Below, piece after piece: positions 48,888 through 56,762 of a DNA stretch of 64,000 nucleotides (position 1 is its first letter; every line of letters starts with the position of its first letter). The position numbers and the translations under genes were made by a program. The stretch comes from Acidobacteriota bacterium (lineage in GTDB: Bacteria; Acidobacteriota; JAAYUB01): positions 548 to 64,547 of the forward strand of contig JAFGRT010000097.1 in the NCBI GenBank assembly GCA_016935015.1. The letters are read 5' to 3'. The notes below the pieces were generated by a model. That model saw nothing but the letters and a program-made list of their open reading frames with translations. It did not search any database and had not been told where the DNA came from.

Positions 48888-49709
48888 ATGCGAGCAGTAG
48901 ATCCGGGGATCTTTCTGGACGAAATGCGACAGCGGCAGCCGCTGGTTCATAACATCACCAATTACGTGGTCATGAATTCCACCGCCAACATCCTGCTGGC
49001 GGCCGGGGCCGCGCCGGTCATGGCGCATGCCGTAGAGGAAGCGGCCGAGATGGCTGGCCTGGCTTCGGCGCTGGTGCTGAATATCGGGACCCTGTCGCCG
49101 CCGTGGATCGAGGCCATGAAGATCGCCGGCCGGCGGGCGGCGGGACGCATTCCCATCGTGCTGGACCCGGTGGGGGCCGGCGCGACCTCGTTCCGGACGG
49201 AAACCGCCCGGCAGCTGCTGGACGAGCTACCGGTGACGGTCCTGCGGGGCAATGCTTCGGAAATCATGGCCTGCACCGGCATGACGGCTAACACCCGGGG
49301 GGTGGATTCCGCCGCCGCCGCTTTGGACGCCCGGCTGGCGGCCGAGGAACTGGCCGTGCAGAAGCGGCTCGTGGTGGCGGTGACCGGCGCAACGGACATT
49401 GTCACCGACGGCCGGACCACCATTCTGGTGAGCAACGGACACCCGCTGATGGGCCGGGTGACGGGCACCGGCTGTGCCGCCACCGTGCTGGTGGCCGCCT
49501 TTTGCGCCGCATCGTCCAACACCCTCGCCGCCACGGCGGCAGCGCTGGCCTATTTCGGGGTGGCCGGTGAGCGGGCCGCTGTCTCCGTCGCCGGCCCCGG
49601 CAGCTTCCAGGTGGCCCTCCTCGACGAACTGCATCGTCTGACCGCCGCCGAACTGGACGGACAGGCCCGTATCCACGTGGTCCACGCCGGCGATACGGAA
49701 AATGTCTGA
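48888..49709 (+). CDS. thiM: Hydroxyethylthiazole kinase
   Basis: PLVHNITNYVVMNSTANILLAAGAAPVMA signature and GTGC motif. Confidence 0.85.
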   Translation: MRAVDPGIFLDEMRQRQPLVHNITNYVVMNSTANILLAAGAAPVMAHAVEEAAEMAGLASALVLNIGTLSPPWIEAMKIAGRRAAGRIPIVLDPVGAGATSFRTETARQLLDELPVTVLRGNASEIMACTGMTANTRGVDSAAAALDARLAAEELAVQKRLVVAVTGATDIVTDGRTTILVSNGHPLMGRVTGTGCAATVLVAAFCAASSNTLAATAAALAYFGVAGERAAVSVAGPGSFQVALLDELHRLTAAELDGQARIHVVHAGDTENV

Positions 49710-49860
49710 CGGGCGGTATCCGGTGGGTTGGGATATGCATCTTCTCAAGAAGGATGGAAGGCGCCGGCCAGCCAAACGTTGCCCAGACATGGCCGGGGTA
49801 TGGGTCACTGCCGGGCGATGAAGATCCGTACAATGGTCCGGCGGCCAAAAGGAGAAGCCG

Positions 49861-50379
49861 ATGAATTTGTTCGAAATATTGGGATTATCCTCCCGCCTGG
49901 ACCGAACGGACGATCTGGAACGGGGTAGTCTGTATGAGCAGTTGGAAAATTGTCTGTCCGGTCTGCCCGAGAACGAGATCAGGTTCGTCGCCGGCCTGGC
50001 CGGTCTGCTGGGCCGGGTGGCCCTGGCCGACATGAAACTGGAGACCGAGGAAATCGAGGAAATCCGCCGGATCCTGCGGGAGGAATCCTCCCTGACCACG
50101 GAGCAGGTGGAACGCGTCCTGCGGCTCATTGAACTCCATGCCGACGAGTATTTCGGAGCCGAAAATGTTTACTATACCCGCCTGATCAATCAAGCCGCCA
50201 CCAAGATCCAGAAACTCGAAGTGCTGCACGCTGTGTTCGCCGTCGCCGCGGCCAACGGTTCCATTTCCGTCCAGGAGGAGGCGGAGATTCGCACCATCGC
50301 CAGCGGATTGCTGCTCACCCACCAGGAGTATATCGAGATCCGGATCCAGTTCCGCGATCAGCTGGATGTCCTGCGCTGA
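49861..50379 (+). CDS. TerB-like (tellurite-resistance TerB / DjlA N-terminal-type) domain protein
   Basis: Paired helical repeats ADMKLETEEIEEIRRILREE and AANGSISVQEEAEIRTIA with the acidic pattern typical of TerB-like domains. Assignment tentative. Confidence 0.4.
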   Translation: MNLFEILGLSSRLDRTDDLERGSLYEQLENCLSGLPENEIRFVAGLAGLLGRVALADMKLETEEIEEIRRILREESSLTTEQVERVLRLIELHADEYFGAENVYYTRLINQAATKIQKLEVLHAVFAVAAANGSISVQEEAEIRTIASGLLLTHQEYIEIRIQFRDQLDVLR

Positions 50380-50526
50380 CGGCCTCGGCCGGTCCGCTCT
50401 CTTTTTTCCCCCTCCTTGCAACGTCATGATGCCGCCGCAAGCGGCCGGAACCCCCGGAGGATGTCGCTCCGAACTCAGGATCAGCAAGGGTTGGGAACGG
50501 ATTCCGGCAAAGACGGCCTTGCGGAA

Positions 50527-51213
50527 CTATTTTATGAGGGCTTCCTTGATGGAGCCGGCCAATTCCCCGACATAGACATTGTAGTCGGCAATACTGCGTC
50601 GGATGACTTCGTGAGCTTCCGCCCGGTTGTAGATATGGGTGATCTCGCAGGTGCCCTCCGAGGCGTCGGGGGGCAGTTTGTAGGTCAGGAAGTAGTGCCG
50701 CAGTCGATCCAGCAATCCCGGCGGGCAATCGTTGATGTCGCGCCAGTCGCCGTATACGGCGTCGTCCCGCATGACAGCGATGATCTTGTCGTCGGCCTCG
50801 TGGTTGTCCAGCATGCGCAGTCCGCCGATGGGGATGGCGTGGATGATGAAGTCGCCGCGGGAAAACTCCTTCTCGGCCAGCACGCAGATGTCCAGGGGAT
50901 CCCCGTCGCCCACGATTTCGGCCCGGCCGCTGCGCTGGCGGCAGAACTCGGCCACCGATTCGCCGCAAAAGGTCTGCGGGATCAGGCCATACAGGGACGG
51001 GGTTACATTGGAGTATTTTTGCGGACGATCCACCTTGAGGATGCCCGAATCCTTGTCCAGCTCATACTTGACCGTATCGGCCGGAACGATCTCAATATAG
51101 GCGTGCACCGTGTCCGGCGCTTCGTCGCCGATGTCGATGCCGTGCCAGGGGTGTGCCTGGTACAGCAGACCCATGATCTTGCGCAGCGGATCGATGAGGG
51201 CGTTGGTAATCAT
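50527..51213 (-). CDS. ppa: Inorganic pyrophosphatase (family I)
   Basis: AYIEIVPADTVKYELDKDSG, GDGDPLDICVL, IIAVMRDDA: family I PPase active-site acidic clusters. Confidence 0.85.
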   Translation of the reverse strand: MITNALIDPLRKIMGLLYQAHPWHGIDIGDEAPDTVHAYIEIVPADTVKYELDKDSGILKVDRPQKYSNVTPSLYGLIPQTFCGESVAEFCRQRSGRAEIVGDGDPLDICVLAEKEFSRGDFIIHAIPIGGLRMLDNHEADDKIIAVMRDDAVYGDWRDINDCPPGLLDRLRHYFLTYKLPPDASEGTCEITHIYNRAEAHEVIRRSIADYNVYVGELAGSIKEALIK

Positions 51214-51429
51214 CGGGTGACTCCATTTCGCCGGCTACAGCGTTGGCCGCGGGGGCTGGCGGCCGGGCATCCGGTTGTGAAGTGATCAGTTCCGCGCGGA
51301 ATTATACCACGCGTCGGGACAAGGACGGCAGGTTTTTACCGCCGTCCGGACAGAATGGTTGGATGTCAATCCCGAATACGGCGGTGCGGATAGACACGGG
51401 CAGAGTCGCGGGTTTCGAATGCCACCGGA

Positions 51430-52758
51430 TCAGGGGACCCTGTGGCGACGGGTGATGAGTTCCAGCCCATCAGCAGGCTCCCGACGGGAGGTCGGCTGCC
51501 GCCGCATCGGGGGCATGCGCGTCGGCGCACCGGAGTTTTTCTTGCCGGTGGTGACGAAGAGAGGCAGGGGTGGGAAATCCCCTGCCAGAATTTCCGCGGC
51601 CAGTGCGGGGGTGGCCCCGAACCACTGCTGCAGCACCGAGGCATACACCTGGCGAAAATCCACTACATGGATCATGTTCCCGGCGTCGTCCAGGTCGCGC
51701 AGATCGGGTTGGGCACCGCAGAAACCGCCCCGTACGTTCCGGCCGAAGAGAAACAGCGGCGCCGCCGTCCCGTGATCGGTACCCGAGCCATTGTCGCGGA
51801 CACGCCGGCCGAACTCCGACATGGTCATCAGGACGACCTGGTCGGCGATGCCCAGCGCGTCCAGATCGGCCAGGAAGGCGGCCACGGCGCCGGCCACCGT
51901 CCGGAGCAGCCCAGGGTGTACCTGGGACTGCTCCACGTGGGTATCGAATCCACTCAGGAGCACGGAGTATACGGGTGTGGCCAGTCCACCGGCAATGAGA
52001 CGGGCGACCATGGAGAGTTCCGTCGCCAGCGGGGTGGCGGGGTAGCTGACCGCGTTGACGGCGGCGGTAAAGGCGGAGTAGATCTTTTCGGCGTAAACGG
52101 AGGAGGTTTCGGCCAGGGATCGGACGAACACCAGCTCGTCGCCCGCCCGGCCGGCGGGTGCCGGTGTCTGGTGAACGGTCAGCCAGCCGCTGGTCAGTTG
52201 ATAAAGGGCCTCGGGATCATTGACGGCCATGCCCATCCCCTGGTTCTGGCCGCGCAGCAGCAGCGTGTCGGCGCTTTTAACCTCGATGGCCAGCGGCGCC
52301 TCCGGCCGGACGTCGGGATAGTCGGGGTAGAGTGTTTCCAGGTACCGGCCCAGCCAGCCGGTAGCGATAACGGGTGCCGTGGAGCCGCCCCGCCAGATAT
52401 CCGTGGAACGGAAATGGGAGAGGTCCGGGTCGGGGTACCCCACGCCGAGCACGACGGCCATTTCACTGCCGGACCACAGCGGCTCCCAGGCAACCAGTCC
52501 GGGGTGCAGGCCAAGGCGGTCGTCCAGCGGTCGCACCTCGTCCTCGGCGACAGCCACCGTGGGGCGTTGGTCGTAATAGGTGGCCTCGCTGTAAGGGATG
52601 ACGGTATTGAGGCCGTCGTTGCCGCCCAGCATCTCCAGGATCACCAGCACGGGTGACGGCGCGGCCGCCGGCGGGGGGGAACCCCAGGCCGGGCGACATC
52701 CGCCCGACAGGGTAGCCATGCCGCTCAGTTTCAAAAACCAGCGTCGGTCAAGTTTCAT
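51430..52758 (-). CDS. DUF1501 (sulfatase-like fold) protein with Tat signal
   Basis: MKLDRRWFLKLSGMATLSG twin-arginine signal. Conserved GGNDGLNTV and DTH motifs typical of DUF1501. Downstream partner of DUF1800 gene. Confidence 0.75.
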   Translation of the reverse strand: MKLDRRWFLKLSGMATLSGGCRPAWGSPPPAAAPSPVLVILEMLGGNDGLNTVIPYSEATYYDQRPTVAVAEDEVRPLDDRLGLHPGLVAWEPLWSGSEMAVVLGVGYPDPDLSHFRSTDIWRGGSTAPVIATGWLGRYLETLYPDYPDVRPEAPLAIEVKSADTLLLRGQNQGMGMAVNDPEALYQLTSGWLTVHQTPAPAGRAGDELVFVRSLAETSSVYAEKIYSAFTAAVNAVSYPATPLATELSMVARLIAGGLATPVYSVLLSGFDTHVEQSQVHPGLLRTVAGAVAAFLADLDALGIADQVVLMTMSEFGRRVRDNGSGTDHGTAAPLFLFGRNVRGGFCGAQPDLRDLDDAGNMIHVVDFRQVYASVLQQWFGATPALAAEILAGDFPPLPLFVTTGKKNSGAPTRMPPMRRQPTSRREPADGLELITRRHRVP

Positions 52759-52768
52759 GGGCCGTCTC

Positions 52769-54244
52769 CTAGTGAAGCTGGTATTCGGCCATCTGCATCA
52801 CGGCCTGGAGAAAGAGCCGCACCCGCGTCATGGCCTCGGGCCGGTAGGGATTCCATTGGTTCGGCGGCAGGGAGCCTAGCAGGATGGCCACCAGTTCCGC
52901 TTCCGTTTGCTCATCGAGGGCCAGCGGCAGGAAATCGGTGGTCACATGCCGCACCAGTTGGCGCGGGTCCTCCGGATGGGGCAGCTGATGCAGGAAACGA
53001 TGGTAATCCATGATAAACAGCCGGCTGGGATAGATGACGGCCTGGGCCAGCATCTGGCGAAAGGGGAGGGAGGACGTGCTCAGCCAGTCGCGGTGCCCCG
53101 GCCAGCCGGCGACGTTGGGCGGATCGAAGGGCGTCTGCCCCAGCACGCTGAGGATCAGGCCCATGAAGGGCCAGTCGATCTTGGTGGCGTGGAACTGCCG
53201 CAGCACACCGAGCAAGAAATCGATGGGGCTCTTGATGTCACTGCCGATGAGTTCGTCGGCCATGAAGTGGGCGCTGCCCAGCAGGTCTTTCAGCACCGGT
53301 TCCAGCTCGAAGTCGGAGGCGATCAGCCGATCGGCCAGCGCCTGGACCAGGTCCTCGTCCGCCACCGGGCTCACGAAGTGCCGGTAGATACGGCCGGCGA
53401 GGAAAACGGCGGTGGCGCGCTGTCCGAAGATGATATCCACGATATCCTCGTCATTCCAGTTGCCGGTATGGCCCAGGAACGTCTTCTGGCCATTGTCGTG
53501 AAGAAGGGGATGACGATAGGCGCCGAGCAGGGTCGGATTGATGCGCCAGCCGGTCAGCGCCCGCGCCGCCTCGGTCACGTCCGTCTGGGTGTAGTGACTG
53601 CGGCCCATGGTGAACAGTTCGAGCAGCTCGCGGGCGTAATTTTCGTTGATGCCATATTTTGTGTTGAGGTTGCCGTCCAGGTAGATGAGCATGGCCGGGT
53701 TTTGACCGACTCTTTTGGTCAGGTCACGGATGTCCCCCGCTGCTGCGTCGCGAAACAGACGGTTGATGCTGAGGATCAACCGGGCGACGAATACTTTCTC
53801 CATTTCCACCACGAAATGGTTGCTCCAGAAAAAGACCAGCCGTTCGCGGATGCTGCCGTCCACATAAGCCTGCCGCAGCCACCAGGTCACCAGTTCCTGC
53901 CGCATCCGGTATTCGGCCTCGAAATCGAGAGGCAGTTCAACGGGCTCATCGGCCCAGGCCGGCAATACGGGTGAAGGCGGAAAGCGGAACAATTCCGCCA
54001 CCGCTTCCGCAGGTCCCAGTTTCATGAACCGGTCGATTTCGGAGCGACGGGGCGGGCCGAGGCGGGCACGCCGCAACAGATGGGCCGCCCGACGGCGGTT
54101 CCAGGGTTGCTGCGTCGTCGGGCGATAGGGCTCCAGCCCGGCGCTGATCTTTTGGTGGGGCGACGGTGCGGGATCACGACGTCGCCCGGCCTGTTTTCGC
54201 CCGGTGACGGCCAGCGTCAGCAGTTCACGTCGATCCATGAGCAT
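52769..54244 (-). CDS. DUF1800 domain protein
   Basis: 491 aa. NYARELLELFTMG and GRIYRHF motifs characteristic of DUF1800. Forms the usual DUF1800-DUF1501 gene pair (10-nt spacing). Confidence 0.7.
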   Translation of the reverse strand: MLMDRRELLTLAVTGRKQAGRRRDPAPSPHQKISAGLEPYRPTTQQPWNRRRAAHLLRRARLGPPRRSEIDRFMKLGPAEAVAELFRFPPSPVLPAWADEPVELPLDFEAEYRMRQELVTWWLRQAYVDGSIRERLVFFWSNHFVVEMEKVFVARLILSINRLFRDAAAGDIRDLTKRVGQNPAMLIYLDGNLNTKYGINENYARELLELFTMGRSHYTQTDVTEAARALTGWRINPTLLGAYRHPLLHDNGQKTFLGHTGNWNDEDIVDIIFGQRATAVFLAGRIYRHFVSPVADEDLVQALADRLIASDFELEPVLKDLLGSAHFMADELIGSDIKSPIDFLLGVLRQFHATKIDWPFMGLILSVLGQTPFDPPNVAGWPGHRDWLSTSSLPFRQMLAQAVIYPSRLFIMDYHRFLHQLPHPEDPRQLVRHVTTDFLPLALDEQTEAELVAILLGSLPPNQWNPYRPEAMTRVRLFLQAVMQMAEYQLH

Positions 54245-54497
54245 ACCTCCCGGGTGTATTTCCGTGGAATGCCGAACAGGATGGGCACCAAGCAGGCCAA
54301 GTCATCATGAGGGTTTAATCGTCAGCCGGGCGAAAAGTTTCAATCCGGAATGATTTTTTTGGAGAATGATCCACAGTTGCCGGATAAACGGAGTCGCCGG
54401 ATCCTGTATAACTTTCCCGGATACGGACGCTCGGGTACGATTCGGGATCGGTGAGCCGGTTGGGCGTTTTCCCGATGGGTTGCAGTCCGCGGAGCAA

Positions 54498-55400
54498 CTA
54501 GCTCTGGTTGAAAGTGGGCCGGACCTGCCGCCGCAATGCACCGGCCGTCTGTCGACCGGACGGGTGCATCACCGTCGCCTCCCCTCCGCGTGTGAGTTCC
54601 CGGGTTCGGCTCAAAACAAGCAGCCGCTGCAGGTAGATCCTTTCCAGTTCCTGCAACAACCGGATGGTGGCGAACGGCCGATAGATCACCCGGATCTCCG
54701 AATGGCGGAAACTCAAAGCCTGGCGGGCCAGGGACGGATGATAGGTCCATTCCTTTTCACCCAAATCCATCAGAGCCACATCAATGGCCGCCGGTCCGGC
54801 CGCCCGCACCAACCGGTTAAGTTCCGCCGGCCGGGTGCTGTACACGGCCGTCAGGCGGTCGGTGTTCCGAAAGCGGTTGTAATCCGTCAAGCAGGAGTTC
54901 TCCACCTCGTAGAAGCATCCGTTCGCCATGGTTTGCTGGATGGATTGGGCGGCGTCGCTGTCCTGACTGCCATGCAGCAGCAACAGTTCACGGCCGCCGA
55001 CGGTTTTCCGGAAGAGCCGCCTGAAGGACTCCCGCCCGGCGGCATGAGCGACCCGGAATTCAGCCTTGTATCGCCGGCTCAGAGCGGCCAAATCCCGGCA
55101 GAATCCGTTCAGCTCCTCCACGGTGGCCGGGGCGATTTCAGTGATGGACGAGAGTGCTTTCATCTGATTCTGAATGGGATGGATATCCTGGTCAGGAATC
55201 ATGGCTTTCTGACACAGCGGCGGCAACGATTCACTGAGGAACCGGAACAGGCGCTGCCACTCCTCCTGCATGGATTCCGGCAGGGCCGTCCGCCCGGCCC
55301 GGGTCATGGTCTCCACACAGGCAAAGATGCCCGCCAAGCCGCGAATAAATGGGAATGCCAGGTCTTTGGCCGGGATGGGCTGGATTCGGATCACATTCAT
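54498..55400 (-). CDS. Hypothetical protein, divergent from lysR
   Basis: 300-aa ORF with protein-like composition. Divergently arranged to the LysR gene across an AT-rich 166-bp spacer. Confidence 0.45.
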   Translation of the reverse strand: MNVIRIQPIPAKDLAFPFIRGLAGIFACVETMTRAGRTALPESMQEEWQRLFRFLSESLPPLCQKAMIPDQDIHPIQNQMKALSSITEIAPATVEELNGFCRDLAALSRRYKAEFRVAHAAGRESFRRLFRKTVGGRELLLLHGSQDSDAAQSIQQTMANGCFYEVENSCLTDYNRFRNTDRLTAVYSTRPAELNRLVRAAGPAAIDVALMDLGEKEWTYHPSLARQALSFRHSEIRVIYRPFATIRLLQELERIYLQRLLVLSRTRELTRGGEATVMHPSGRQTAGALRRQVRPTFNQS

Positions 55401-55566
55401 TTTTCCCCTCCAACGGGATCATTGGGAGTCTTCCCCCTGAGCACGGCTGTCAATCGATGGTTACGGGCGGGATGATTCCTTCATGTTATTTATATTATTG
55501 ACAAATAGATTTGTAAACAGTATATAATTTAATAACACGATATTGTAATTCATATCAGGGATAGCC
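55401..55566. promoter_or_regulatory. AT-rich divergent promoter/LysR-operator region
   Basis: About 35% GC island (ttatttatattattgacaaatagatttgtaaacagtatataatttaataacacgatattgtaattcat) in a 65% GC genome. Contains TTGACA and TATAAT-like hexamers and T-N11-A-type dyads. Confidence 0.5.
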
Positions 55567-56484
55567 ATGTTTTTTCAACAACTTCGTACGTTTGTTATCT
55601 CGGCGAAATTTGAAAATTTCAGTCGGGCCGCCGATACACTGCACCTGACCCAGTCGGCCGTCACTCATCAGATCAAGTTGCTGGAAGAGCATTTCGGCTT
55701 GAAACTGTACCACCGTCATCGGCGCGGGATTCGGCTGACGGACGAGGGGCGGAAACTCCTGGAGCATGCCCGGGAAATTCTGGCGGGGGTGCGGGATATG
55801 GAAGAATTGGCCCGGTCCCTGCAGGGCCGGGATAATGTGTCCCTTTCCATTGCGGCACACCGGGGGATGGTGCGCTATCGCCTGCCGGACGTGATCAAGG
55901 CTTTCCGTACGCGTTACATCGGCGCCAATATCACCATCTTCACCCGGGTGGTCGATGATGACATCATCGGACTGGTGATGTCCGGCGAAGCCGATTTCGG
56001 GATCGTCACCTCCTGGAACACGTTCCGTCAGATTCATTTCCATGAGTTCGTCTCTTATGACATGATGCTCTGTGTGGGTGATCAGTACCGGGCGGAACAT
56101 CCCCGAATTCATTGGGATCGGCTTTCCCTGGAGGAGATTGCCGCTGTACCGCTGGTGTTGTACGAGAAGGTCAATCCCATTCGGCGGGGCATCGACCGGG
56201 TGTTTGAAGAGCACCATCTGACACCCCGGGTAATCATCGAGATCGGGGGGCCTGATATTCTTCTGGAATACGCCCGAATCGGGCTGGGTGTTTCCATCAT
56301 ATCAGCCCTGCCCTTGCACCACCGGAAAATTGAGGGCGTGAAGGTGATTCCGGTCACCCACTATTTCGGACGCCTGGGCTATGGCGTGATATATCGCCAG
56401 GACAAATATTTCTCCCCGGCGCTAGTGGATTTTCTGAGCATTCTCGATCCCCAGCTGGTGGTGGACGGACGGCTGCCGCGCTGA
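55567..56484 (+). CDS. LysR-family transcriptional regulator
   Basis: N-terminal HTH LRTFVISAKFENFSRAADTLHLTQSAVTHQIKLLEEHFGLKLYHRHRRGIRLTDEGRKLL. C-terminal LysR substrate-binding domain. Confidence 0.85.
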   Translation: MFFQQLRTFVISAKFENFSRAADTLHLTQSAVTHQIKLLEEHFGLKLYHRHRRGIRLTDEGRKLLEHAREILAGVRDMEELARSLQGRDNVSLSIAAHRGMVRYRLPDVIKAFRTRYIGANITIFTRVVDDDIIGLVMSGEADFGIVTSWNTFRQIHFHEFVSYDMMLCVGDQYRAEHPRIHWDRLSLEEIAAVPLVLYEKVNPIRRGIDRVFEEHHLTPRVIIEIGGPDILLEYARIGLGVSIISALPLHHRKIEGVKVIPVTHYFGRLGYGVIYRQDKYFSPALVDFLSILDPQLVVDGRLPR

Positions 56485-56762
56485 ATGCCGCAGGCAACCT
56501 TGTTGTGCCCGGCCATATCGAAGGCGCCCCAGTCGCCGGCCGGGATTTCCATCCAGGTGACGAAAGCGTGCATCCTTCGACGTGCCTGCCGGCAGCCTCG
56601 CCTGTTATCAGGGGAGGCTGTTTTCATCTGCCAATAAAGAAAGCAGAGATGCATAGCGCAAGGCAACGCCTGATGGGTGAGAAAAAAGTCATTGATTGCA
56701 TTGGGCTCCGGCTATTTGTATAGTGTATGTTTTAAGTGCCCGGTGAAAGGGTTCATATCGGC

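Noticed and set aside
51442-55475. 404-aa, 355-aa and 369-aa plus-strand ORFs
   Set aside because: Antisense to the DUF1501, DUF1800 and hypothetical genes, which carry family motifs and signal sequences.
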